Source of the DNA: Somniosus microcephalus
Lineage: Eukaryota
Assembly: GCA_052327205.1 (NCBI GenBank)
Contig: CM126202.1
Coordinates: forward strand, 351,540,001-351,604,000
Direction of reading: 5' to 3'
Length of the DNA: 64,000 bases
Positions 23,671 to 35,544 of the stretch are shown in pieces (the stretch's first letter is position 1; the number at the start of each line of letters is the position of its first letter). The position numbers were made by a program, and so were the translations under genes. A model generated the notes under the pieces. The model ran no database searches and was not told the origin of the DNA. It worked only from the letters and a program-made list of their open reading frames with translations.

Positions 23671-25634
23671 ATAAAGTGGAACATCAATATTTAATCTACA
23701 ACTAATTTTGGCAAAGAACAGTATAATGTTTTGTATGACATGATCTGTTAGCCTCTTGGGAATAATATTCTTTAACTGGCAAAGGATAGTTTTTTGATTT
23801 TTTTCACTCTGTGGGTAGTTTTACTGTAACGCAAGTATTATTCCATTTACTTGCAATTGGTACATTAGAATGTTTTTCACTGACTCACTGAGTTCTTCTA
23901 ATCTGCTTTTAATTTCCTATTTTACCTAAAACTATGTTTTGCTAATTATTGCAAATTACAGTGCAGATACTTGCACATGTTTCTGGTACCATTTGGAAAA
24001 ATGGCTTGTAATGTCAATTCTGCACCATGTCGGTAGGGAATATATTTCCCTCTTGAAGTATTTTTTTTATTAAGCCCACCATTATTAAAACAGATGCTGA
24101 TCTTAGTTTTGATTTATTATGTATATTCTCATTATTTAAACTTGATGCCTTTCACTTCACTGAACTTGCTGTGGAGGAGACTTTGTGTTAAAGGACTGCA
24201 GTATATCTCGGTTTGGCACCTGGAATTATAAAGTGGAGAAAAAGAAGTGTGATGACAGATGGCTAATTTGTGTCCTGCTGTCGCCCGATGGAAGTAGACA
24301 TTTGTATTTTTAATCTAGTGTGCATTCTTCTGACCTACCGACCATTGCGGAAGTGTGCAAAGAAGCCCCAGTGATTTGTGGTCAAGTTTTACTATGTTTT
24401 CTGTTTCAGGACAAAGTTACTATAACCCCATTACTGTTTAAAGGCTGAGGTGTTTTTCCGGCGAATATGGTCGCCGTGTGGCAGTGGTATGGCACCTGAA
24501 CTGTGTGGCACTGAGATGCTACAGGTCCAGTGCAGACTGCTCCTGCCTCCTGGGGTAATGATGCAAGATCAGTGCAATCTGTCAATTTCCTGCTTATGAT
24601 TAATTCTCTGGATATTCTGTCGGGACAGGGAAATCAATTACTGCTGGCTGGGCTGACGTGCAGTAATAAAATATAGAAACATTTGCTCTGTGCAGACGCA
24701 GCTAGTGGCTGCTTCAGTGAATTTCTGGCATATTGGCAGATTTATTGTCACTGTCTCATAAGTAGGCTTGATGTGTGTAATTGAAATTCATTTAAAGACA
24801 TTTCAAGTTCGTGCAATATTCAGATATGCTATTAAGGTGGCTAGTTATAATGGACACCCCATTCAGTAATCTTTTTTTTTAAAGTTCTGGGCTCGTAGGA
24901 ACTTGAAACGTATTTCAAATGTTACTATTAATAAATGAATCTTCATGGGGTCTAATGCACCATTTAATTGCAGAAGCAAAATCTAGTTTGAAAGTGGCAT
25001 TTTTTTGCTGCTTACAGAAGGAAAGAGATCTGATTGCTGACTTTAATTTACTATTTTTTTAACATGATGCTGAGATTTACTAAAGCCATTTTGTTTTTGC
25101 TAAACTCATGCATTCCATGATTGTATTCAGCATGTGGTGCAGCCACCATGCCAATAACTTAGCATTGAAGTGAAATGTTGCAACTTAACCTAGCTTTAAA
25201 AGAGCGCCATCTCCTGTATTAGTGACTACATAACATGCCCTGCTACTGCTGTAAACCAAAAGAGCTTGTTGCTCAGGCAATGCATTTCACATATATATGC
25301 ACCCACATGATGTGCAAAGGAATCTCGAGTCCACTAATACCTTGAGTGTCAATTTGTGCTTTTTAAAAAAAATTAAGAATAGCCTGGTGTTGGGCACATT
25401 TTTCAAATTTATAGAATAGTCTGTATTTAGGGGCCCAACTCAATGAGCTAAATTCACTTTTTTTCCTAACTGCCATAGTGTTCTGTCTCTGCATGGTTAC
25501 AGCAATGAACCCCATCTGATAATTAAACTGAGTTCAAAAGTGGTGGTCACTTCCATTGTGCTTCTAAAATTCCAAACTCGAACTGAGTTTCTTTTAAAGT
25601 AAACTTCCAATGGTATGGCCACTGTTCTAATAAA

Positions 25635-25733
25635 GGTTCTGACAAAAGGTCATTGAGCTGAAACGTTAATTCTGTTTCTCTCTCCACAGATGTTGCCTGA
25701 CCTGAGTGTTCCCAGCATTTTCTGTTTTTAGTT
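25635..25733 (+). mobile_element. Penelope-type unit with hammerhead motif, sense to CHMP1B
   Basis: GGTT-CTGACAA-AAGGTCATTGAGCT-GAAA-CGTT-AATT...CAGATGTTGCCTGACCTGAGTGTTCCCAGCATTTTCTGTTTT; reverse complement of the 23045 unit. Confidence 0.72.
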
Positions 25734-25773
25734 CTATGAGCAAAGTCTAATGTAGGGTGTTTTTTTTTTCTAG

Positions 25774-25846
25774 CCTTGATTTGAACCTGCAGCTTCCTGA
25801 AGGCCAAATGGGATCAGTTGGTGCCAGTGTGGCATCAGCAGAACAG
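25774..25846 (+). CDS. CHMP1B: CHMP1B coding exon
   Basis: ttctag|CCTT...CAG|gtaaaa, 73 bp, (G)LDLNLQLPEGQMGSVGASVASAEQ. Confidence 0.95.
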
Positions 25847-26084
25847 GTAAAATACAGCAACATTATTTTTGTGTATTTAACTATATACAGTACCTGATTC
25901 TCATTATACTGTACGGTACTTTATTTGGAACTGAAGAGTTACTGACTACAGCACTTTCTTCATTTTGGACTAATGGTTTTTTTAAACTGCTCCCTGTCAT
26001 TTTACTAGATTGTTTATTGATCTGTATAATGCATGGGTGCTAAGTCCGCCTCACACTGATAACATCTGTGCTGGAAACCAGACG

Positions 26085-26435
26085 ATGCAATTGGTTGCAA
26101 GCTGACCTTTTATCTCTGGAGCTTGGAGTCAGTACAGCCCTGACTGTTCAGTTGAAAATCTGATGTCTATGAATCCCATGTAAAACAGGATTAGGTAGTC
26201 TCAATTCAATTGCTGGTGGGATAAGGCCCATAACTTCTCACAATTTGGCAGAGACTAGCTGTCCCACAAAGGCTGCAGCAATAGTTTATAGAGGAAGTGG
26301 AAGCAAAGCGCATTGGTGCAAGGAGGCTGCTGTTCTGAAGCTGTGGTTAAGACATATTGTTGGTGCAGCGCAGATGGCGATGAAGTCTGTGTCTAGTTTA
26401 TGGTATACCTGACCTGGGAGAGAGTGCTTCTTGCC
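26085..26435 (+). mobile_element. Ancient LF-SINE-like element
   Basis: Blocks GCTGACCTTTTATCTCTGGAGCTTGG, ATGTAAAACAGGATTAGGTAGTCTCAATTCAATTGCTGGTGGG and GGTTAAGACATATTG resemble the LF-SINE consensus as recalled; not aligned computationally. Confidence 0.5.
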
Positions 26436-27834
26436 AGCATTGCTCACCCTTCAGATCTGTGTTTCATAAGTTGACGGTCACAATGCCCATGAATACTTCC
26501 ACTTGCACACAGATTAACCTTCACTGCATTGCTGAGATGATTGGTACCAGAAAGATCATGGCCTCGAGTCCCTGCTGTAGATTCTGTGGTGTTGTATGCC
26601 AGGAGAACATTTGTGCAAGGGGAACATAGAACGAGGAGAGCAGATCCTGTGCCCATAATCTGCAGGGTTACAGTTCTGTGGTTTGCTGCATTGTGTGTGC
26701 TGAGTGCTTGTGCCCATGTTTTACTTCAGCCATATTAGGGTCACCGATTTCATGTGAAAACATAAGTGAAGACCTTGCACAATTCGACAGGATTTGCCCA
26801 CGGTTTTCTCACTTGCCTTTCACATCCATTTGGAATAGGAGCAAGAGAAGCTCCATGGGTGAAGGAGCATTTAAATTGCCGTGGGATTTGTATTTTTTGC
26901 AGTGTTTGCAGTACAGTATTTTTATTGGACATTTTTTATCATTCTAAAATTTGAGAAATATTGGGATAATTTTATTAAAATCAAAATAAGTTGCTTTTTG
27001 ATTGCCTCAGTCTATACAGTATTTCATAGTTGATCTTGGTACAAGATGAAAGGCATGCGAGGCACATCAGACACCAAACCTTACCTGCAGACCTTAGTAC
27101 ACCTACCAGCTAGTGACCAAGTACAACTGCCTCAGCTTGCTGTGGATCAGCAGGGAGCCAGTTACAGAGCTTTGCTATCTGCAGCATGGACACCCGCAGC
27201 CATGTTGCAATGTATAGATAGCATTGCTTAGTGGTTGACTAGGTCATCACTGTCCTCAACTGTTACCCCTGTGGCTCAGTCTCAGCTCGCACCCACTCCA
27301 GCACTGTAAACTCCTTTCCTACTGAACAGCAGTAGAAGTTTTACCTCCCCACACCCGCCATCTCCCAAATTGTGCCCACTTACCTTTCGGTGGTTTTCCC
27401 TTTAAACATGACATCAGATTTTCTTCCTGGGCCACTGTGTGCAAGGAGTGTAGGGGGGAAATGAGAATTCTGACTGTCTAATAAGGTAATTCCATTTTTA
27501 TTTGCACCCGAGTTGTGCCTGTAGCAATCCAAGCAATATTTGAAAGGTTGTTACTCACCTTACCTGTATTACAGTTTTTGTTTTGAAGAGCCACTAGGTG
27601 GTGTGTCAGAGTGGGAAATGCCAAAATGCTGCCCATTTCAACATTATTAAAATGCTAATCCCTAGGGATCAATCAGATTGAGTTGGGGAAATTTTCATTA
27701 CATACATTTGCCCTCTTGGCAGTGAGGTGAGCATCTGTGAGAATCAAAGCATGGCAAATAAGAGGAAAGGGATTTAGTATAATGCTAAACTGTAGTGATC
27801 CTAGGCAAATTCCGTCATTTTTAAAATATTCATT

Positions 27835-28208
27835 TCAGGATATGGGTGTCGCAGGCAAGGCCGGCATTTATTGCCCTAGATGCCCTAAGAAGGTGGCGTG
27901 GGCTGCCGCCTTGAACTAGTGCAGTCCAGGTCTGTCGAGGTTTTGATATAACTGGCTTGCTGGGCCACTTCAGAGGGGAGCTAAGAGTCATTCACATTGG
28001 TGTGAGACAAGTCACATATAGGCCAGACTGGGTAAAGGTGGCAGGTTTCCTTCTCCGTTGAATTTTTACGACAATCTGACAACTCACGTTTTTTTTTAAT
28101 TTCGAGATTTTTGAAAAAAATTAAATCAATTTCTCAAACGGCCATGGGTGAGTTTGAACTCGAGATCTCTGGATTACTCATCCAGTAAGATAACCATGCT
28201 GCTGTACT
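27835..28208 (-). mobile_element. tRNA-derived SINE sharing head and tail with the RTE-X-like family
   Basis: Minus strand TGGTTATCTTACTGGA...GAGTTCAAACTC head like 9702; tail GGGCAATAAATGCCGGCCTTGCC like 12016. Confidence 0.7.
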
Positions 28209-28312
28209 CTTCAACCCTTGAAAGCTTAAATGTGCCATAGACTGAAATATTTTCATATTACTTTTTAATGCAATTAACTACTGAATTAATTCAATTCCAT
28301 TGCTTTATACAG

Positions 28313-28357
28313 GATGACCTTTCCCAAAGACTTTCAAGGCTCCGAGATCAAGTGTAA
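28313..28357 (+). CDS. CHMP1B: CHMP1B last coding exon (MIM1 helix)
   Basis: tatacag|GATGAC...GTGTAA; DDLSQRLSRLRDQV*. Confidence 0.96.
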   Translation, partial: DDLSQRLSRLRDQV

Positions 28358-29310
28358 AGACGAGAAGAAAATTATTGGCCTTACTATTCTGGGAATGATT
28401 TCCTGGTTTTATATATATATATATCCATATGGAAAAAAATAACTCTCTAGTGTTGCATAGCATATTGGGATTTTCTTTGTAGTATAGTCACTGGTACACT
28501 GTCACCAACAGTGTCAATGTTCAGAAGTAAACCTATAAGATGGTTAATACATTGTCATGCACATACTTTCCTTCACTATCTTTTGTACAGCACATTTCCC
28601 AGTATAAACTGGGAATCCCAATTTTTTTTTGGAAAAAAAATTCAGGTGCACTTTTCTATCTGAAAGAAGTTGTCCATGATCTGTGTGTGTTGAGGCAGTT
28701 TTCTCTCTCAAATGTATTATAATTTTACTATTAAAAATTGTATCTTAAATATTCAGATTACATCGAGCAAAACAAGTCTGGATTAAAAGATGATTGAAAA
28801 TATTTTTTGTATTATGGTATGTTTACCCTATTTTCACCACACCGTGGAAGGTCTTGGCTTTTAATCTGCTTTTAATTTAATATGGACAGATGTTTCTGTA
28901 GTTGCTAGAATGGTCTCTGACTATTGTAAAATGTAATCTATTTATGGAGCTTGAACAAGACTGTTCATTTTTATGAGATGTAACCTGAATGGGGAGGGGT
29001 ATAAAATGAGCACTATTGTACTAAATCTCCTGATGATCACACACTGATTGCAGGGCTTGTGTGTCTGTATGGGAATTTCATGTCGGTTTGATTTTTATTC
29101 TGGGTTTCTTCCGTTGTACTCTGACCCCCACAATTAAAGGTTCTTTGAGCCAAAATGTGTGCATTACTGTGCATTGAAACCATTCTCACCCATTTGGAAT
29201 CTTCCTCTGACAACAGGCATTCATTTAAATTGCAGGCCTAATTTTCTAAGGGGACAGTGACTTTTTATTTAATAGGAGCAGTGGAATAAACTTGGCAATT
29301 TAAAAGCAAA
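28358..29310 (+). other. CHMP1B: Probable CHMP1B 3' UTR (end uncertain)
   Basis: AT-rich sequence with no recognisable repeats after the stop; candidate signals ATTAAA (~28730, ~28782, ~29133) and AATAAA 29285-29290. Confidence 0.5.
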
Positions 29311-29593
29311 AGGGTTAATAGAATTGAGATTTTGTTTAACTTTATCCCAACCTGCCATTTTCTTGTTGCTTGCTGCAATGCAAGTCCACCAACTAACTGA
29401 TATGATTTCCCCTGTGATTTTGCTGATTAGAAGCTGAAGTGGAATTTGTAACATTTTTGTGGGAGAGTGGTGCATGGACTAGTGATTTTGCCCTTGCCCT
29501 GCCATTTCTTAAATAATAACCTGGAGGACATTAGAATGGTCTTCTCTGCACGGGCTTTCTTTTCTTTTTAATTTACTTCCCTCAGCAAACATT

Positions 29594-30298
29594 GGCCTAA
29601 AAATTCAGTATAGCCACTTTTGGGGCGGTAAAGTCGGGCGGCCGCTAAAGTTTGCGCCCGGCGCAAAGTCGAACCCCCTTCGCCGATATTCAGTTGCATC
29701 GCCCTAAGAGGTTGCTGCTGCGCTAAAACAGACGATGCACGACTATCATTAGGCGCTAAGCCGGCAGCCCGGGGCGCTAACACCGGAAGTTGGGCGCAGG
29801 GCAGGTGCGGCGAGCTGCTGATTGCCGGCAGACACTGGCTCCGGTGAGCTCTTAAAGGGGGAGGGTGGATTTGTTTTTTTGAAAGGCCGAGACTAGGGGG
29901 GGGCTTCTCTCGATCACTTTGTTATGTGGTACCGGTCTCCTCCTCCTCCCAAAGAAGGAGTGTTGCAAAACGGCTGCCGTTTCTACTGCAGGAGTGCCCT
30001 TTAATTTGCGCTCCCCGCGGCCAGCATCGGCTGAGCACCGTTCGACTCAACAGTCGCTAGGGCCGCCAGGCGCACAATGGGGCGGCGTGAGTGAAGTTCT
30101 GGTTCCGGGCGCACAAAGGGCGTTGCACGACGAAATGACGTCATGATCTGCGCGTGCAATGACTTTGCGCCGGCGCTAAATGTCTACTGAAGTTGGGGCG
30201 AGGCGCAGATCGCGCTGCGCCCGGGCGCTAAGCACCTAGCGCTCGAGATCTACTCCTAAGGCGCTAACGGCTGGCGCAGCCAACTGAATTTCTAGGCC
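29594..30298 (-). mobile_element. Non-coding Harbinger derivative, same family as 13040-14395, opposite orientation
   Basis: TIR GGCCTAAAAATTCAG / CTGAATTTCTAGGCC, TSD ATT; both subterminal arms align with the 13040 copy. Confidence 0.9.
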
Positions 30299-30309
30299 AT
30301 TGACTCGTG

Positions 30310-30655
30310 CTGGATATGGCTCTACTGTTTCTAGCCCAAATAGCCATTCTTCACACGAGCTGTGTGCATTGGCAGACTGTACGTGGGAGGCATCGTCCCA
30401 TCCTTGCCTGATGTCAACAGCTGTGCACTTTCCAGCAGGGTTCACTGGATAGCGATTGGAATCCGAAACTTAGGCTGACTTCCCCCCCCCCCCTCGCAGC
30501 GTAGGGCAGAGAGACCAATTGTCATGCCCCAACCCGTGCCTCGACTGGGAGGAATTATCTGAAGGCTGACCAAGGATCGATCTTCAGACTCTGGTCTGTA
30601 AGATTCTGTTCTACTCTGGGCAGTGCCTTTACCCACAAGGCCATTGAAGGGGTGG
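30310..30655 (-). mobile_element. Ancient tRNA-derived SINE (tentative)
   Basis: Minus strand TGGCCTTGTGGGTAAAGGCACTG A-box-like head and degenerate B box. Confidence 0.4.
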
Positions 30656-31499
30656 CATGCTCTTTGACTTACGGATCTGGCTTTAAGATCTGGAATTGTT
30701 TCCTAGCTAATTGCACATGCATTTCTGTCATCACTTGCGTACAATTACTGCAGCATGTGTTTCCAATTTTAATTTACACAAGGAACCAGCTCTTCCTTTT
30801 CTAATCTTCACTTGTAACAACATGCAGATCAGTGTAAATTCATTTTGAGCATTGTAATTGAAGTAATCCTTTTTATTAAGTTTAATTTCTATTCATGCAG
30901 TACTGATGTGATCAAAGCTGCTAAGTTTGTTGAGCAATTTATCTTGCAGTAATTTAAAAACCATGCTTTTGTTTGCTTTGTAATTCACTTAAGCTTGCCT
31001 GGAATATTAAGGCAAATAGCATTTTATCGGCCATAAACTGACAGTTTAAAAAGCACTTCTGTTTTAGCAACCATATTTTACACCGCCTGCAATAATGTGA
31101 AGTCTAGCTATTCCTGCCTGTTCCTCTAGCCTTGCAGCTTGACTTGGTCTCCTAATCCGCTTGCTACTGGCCGGCTTTGTCGATCAACCTCTTGGTAATT
31201 ATGCAATTGAAATCCTTGAGAAGCTTCTGTCTCGATGGTACTTGGGGGTCATTTCAAACTGAAGCATGAAAAGAAAAACGGGCGTTGCATTTATATAGCA
31301 CTTTTCAGCCAATGAAGTATTTTTGATTTTGCTTCCCACCAGCCATTTAAATTAAGAGCTGACTTCTGTGAACTTCACTGGTAACCATAAGACAACAAGC
31401 ATTGCTCCATGTATGTGATTGAATATGGAGATGCAGAGCTCTGCCACCAACTCCCAGCTCCACAGGTTCCCTGCTTTTAACAGTCTGTGTTGGTTTTGC

Positions 31500-32095
31500 T
31501 TAGACATTTACAGCATAGTTGGATGCAATTTTGCCTATCGTATGTAATGGCTCTTTTCTCGAGAAATCCCAAACTACTCCTGCCCTGTTCTTTCTCCATA
31601 ACTCTGTATTTTCTGCTTCAAATATTTATTCAATTTTCCCTTAAGAAGCAATTGTCTCTCCCCCAACTATTCCCTGTGGCAAAGCATTCCATATTCCCAG
31701 CAATTTTCTACATGATAAAATTTCTTCCAACTCTTCTCACTTTAAATTGTTGATCCCTTCATCACTGACTTGGAGAACAGAGGAAATAACCTTTCCCTAT
31801 TCACCCAATAAAAGCCCTTCATAATTAAAAGAAAAATCTTAATTAAATCTCCCTTCGACCTTCTCTGCTCCAGTGCAAATAATCCCAGTCTATCCTCTAT
31901 AGTTTTCCATCACTAGCATTGTCCTGGTGAATCTCGGTTGTACAGACTCTAATGCTTTAATTTTCATTTATAGTGGGGTGGCCAAAACTGCATGCAGCAT
32001 TCTTAGCTGTAGCCTAACCATTGTCTTGTACAAATTTATCCTCCTCTCTTTGCTCTGTCCCTATTTATAAAACTAAAAATGCCATTGGCAATTTG
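31500..32095 (-). mobile_element. Old CR1 3' fragment
   Basis: Minus strand GTTAGGCTACAGCTAAGAATGCTGCATGCAGTTTTGGCCACCCCACTAT resembles VRP.LEYC.QFW.P.Y. Confidence 0.6.
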
Positions 32096-32099
32096 CATT

Positions 32100-32486
32100 A
32101 GAAGCGAACTTGCATTTGTATAGCACTTTTCATGACTGCAGGACATCCCAAAGTGCTTCACAGCCAATGAAGTACTGTTGAAGTGTAGGATACATGACAG
32201 CCAACCTGTGCACAGCAAGCTCCCACAAACAGTAATGTGATGTTGACTAGATAATCTGTTTTAATAATAAAGGTTGAGGGATAAATATTGGCCAGGACAC
32301 CAGGGAGAACTCCCCTGCTCTTCTAAGAAATAGGGCCATGGCCTCTGTTTAACATCTCGCCCAAAAAAGGCACCTCTGACAGTGTAGTATTGCACTGAAG
32401 TGTCAGCCTATATTTTGTGTTCAGAGACCTGAACCCACAACCTTCTGACTCAGGCGGGAGTGCTACAGCTGAGCCACGGCTGACAC
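32100..32486 (-). mobile_element. tRNA-derived SINE (DeuSINE-like)
   Basis: Minus strand TGTCAGCCGTGGCTCAG head, GGGTTCAGG B-box-like sequence, GTGCTATACAAATGCAAGTT tail. Confidence 0.7.
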
Positions 32487-32489
32487 ATT

Positions 32490-33216
32490 GAGACAGATTT
32501 TGCTGTCAAAATAACGGTGCGGCTATGGCGCTCGCCGTTATTTATATGTACAGCAACTTCAAGCGAGGAACAGTTGCGCAGTTAAACTCGTATCTAAAAG
32601 TTGATGGCTTGAGTTACGCTGCTCCGCCATTAGCTTTGTGAAAATGGCATTTCGCTGTCTGCCTGGCGTGAAGCTGCTGTATATGCGCGGTAGATACAAA
32701 CTAAACTCGCCATAAAAAGTCACGTCTTGTCATTACAAGCGTAAGTACCTTTTAACAATGCAATATGTGCTAATTACTGCCAATCAACACCTGGCACCAA
32801 AAATTAACTATTACAAGTGTGAAGTCTCATTCCTTCAAGTTGTAATTGCTAGAGATTTTTTTTTTAATGTCAAATTAAAAATGTAACAACTTTTTTTACT
32901 TTGCAGTTCTCTTTCTCTCAATCCAATCTTTTTTTCCCTCTCTTTATCCCTATTTCTGTACCTGATTTGACATTGAATCTACCGACTCTAATTCACCCTC
33001 CTCAGTCTTTGCACTGTTAATTTCACAATCCTTCAATCTGATTGGTTAAGGAAATACGCAGTTGCTTGTCCTGTTCACTCAGTTCCCAGGTGCTCCATTA
33101 TCAGCTCACACTTCCAGCAACTTGCGGTGCAAAAATGTTTAACTCCTAAACGTGAATGAACAAGTTTAACTAATGGCAGTCGCCATTAGATGCCCTGCGA
33201 CAGCAAGATGTGGGCC
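32490..33216. mobile_element. Non-autonomous DNA transposon (Harbinger-like MITE)
   Basis: Imperfect TIR GAGACAGATTTTGCTGTC / GACAGCAAGATGTGGGCC; flanks ATT / AAT. Confidence 0.55.
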
Positions 33217-35544
33217 AATAGTCTTATTAGCACACCTTCTGTGCCAATGTGTGATCTCTGTGACCTCTGAATGAGAAGCATTAATTGTTGCAGTTTTCTG
33301 CTGTGGAATCTCACCTGCTCGGTAGTAGGTTGAGCCAGTTCTGGTTAATTTAGTTTACATAAGCCAGCCCTTACAGCCAGTAGTGGTTGGAAACTTTCAT
33401 CTCAATAGTCAGGAAGGTGAAAGGGATTGAACCCACTGTATGATCCAGTCCTTTTGAAGTTTGCTGTTGAATTTGTAACTTATGAGCAGATTTGGAATGA
33501 GGATCTGTGTAAGATTAATATTGCCAATGTCCCACAATTCAATCATGCCGCACTTATGCTAAGTTTCACTTAACTGGATTATGCTTAGTCTTCCTACTAA
33601 ATGTAAAATTGGAACTTTTTCATTATCTATGAAATAGAAGGTTTTTTTTGGGGGGGGGAGGCTGATGGATTTTTGAGAGAGACTGTAAATCAGTAATCTA
33701 ATCCAAGGCATCCAATAACATCAAGAACCACAAAAACAAAGCTCAAATGGTTTATAAGTCATCTGAACCCTGAGATTAAGTTACTGCCCTGAACTCGATA
33801 GTTGATTTTATTTATGTGGGTATGTAAATGTATGTGTGTATTGTTTCAATGTATATGGAAGTCTTAATTTGAGGTTCTGTACCTATCGTAACTAAATCCG
33901 TACATTAATTGTCCGCATGCCTGCATATACTTAATGCTGTTACTGTAGACTTATCAGTCTGTAGCTTTTGTGTCAAACTGATAGAGGCTTTAAGGTAAGA
34001 TCTCAAAATATAAGCCATTTATTCAAATAAGGTTAAATTGGCAATCCTAGAAGCTGTTTGTAGAACTATATATATAGCTTGCACCTTGAGTCAGCATCCT
34101 TTAGGAACTGATCTTAGTTCTAAAGAGCTTTTCAGTGAAGCCAGAAAACTGCTTTATAAAATAGCGCCCATGTACTTCACTAAATTGTCACCGATATATT
34201 TCTTTGGTTTAAAGCTCTGCTCCCCACCCCCCATATTTAATAGTTTATGACATCTTGAGACAATTGCTCGTCAATGTCAACACAATTCCAGACCTTAGTG
34301 CTTTTTTGGAGGTTCCTGTTTGTGTGAACAGTAGGCACTGATAGGCTGGCAATAAATAAAGCCTTTCATTTCTAAGGAAGACATGATCCACATCCTGAGG
34401 CTGTAGATTAAATGACAGTTGTAATCTTTGCACTGTAGCCCTCCTTAAGAATATGTTCACCAGATGGCGGGAAGAAGCAGCTTTCCTGCTCCTGGCAGTT
34501 TCTGATCTGTATTACTTCATGTTTTTCAAAGCTTCAAGCTACATCAAAAACAAATGCAAAGCCTTTTTGAGCATGATACAAAACTCACAGATTCATTTTA
34601 AGCCTTGAATTCACTTTTAGTGGTCTGAGTAAAGTGCATATTATAAGCACTGTTGAGGTATTGCAAGATAAAGTCTGTGTGCTTGCATCTATTATACTTT
34701 TAAAAGTATGATTTTATATATTTTGCAAATTACAACATGGAATCACTTATAATGGTAGCTTTTTGCTTTGCTTAGCTATTTAGATGGAAATGAGCCAATT
34801 AACCTATTGAGGGCAGTAATAATATTCCTTTACCACATGTTGAGCTCCAATTCAAGAATTAGTGTAATTTAAGAATCTGTATTTTTAAATGAATTCTACA
34901 ACATTATTTTCAGCATTATACATTTACAGAAAATGCTACACTGGCTGATGTATCATTTTAAAACTCCAAATTCCCTCCTCCTTCAGAGATTGAAATCTTT
35001 CCGAAACAGCATTGGTGAGTTGTCTCCTTGTTTGAACAAGAAAGCACCTAACTGCATCAAGGACTATGGGCTTCCTGAGCTTTAGAGTAAGAGATGGAGG
35101 GAGAGTGAGGTGCATAGGCTTTGACCATGTGTTGGGTTTCGATGGTGTAAACGTCATGCTGAAGCTCACGCAGTTTCTAAACTTTCTCTGAACCCGCAGA
35201 TCAGATTACACCCTTTAACTGATTTATTATATAAAACCTACACTTTGTTTAATGTGAAAAGACAATATGCCCACCGTGTCTTGCTTTGAATGATGGAACT
35301 GTGGTCCACAGACGGATGCTCTAATGTATGGTCAAAGCAGTGTGAGCTATTGCAATCTCATAGAGCATTGGAAGGACACTTACAGACTCCCATGTTGTAA
35401 GCTTTATTCTTTGGGAGCAATTTAACTGAGACTTTAAAACAAAGAGAATGCATTGCTAGTTTTATTCCTTTAAGAAGAATGGGTTATGACAAAGGTGGTG
35501 AATTTTTTCTGTTAAGTGTAATAAAGCAATTGAGTGATAAATTG

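Noticed and set aside
24249-24334. GTGATGA...CTGA, second C/D snoRNA candidate
   Set aside because: No closing stem, no recognisable antisense element, far from the acceptor.
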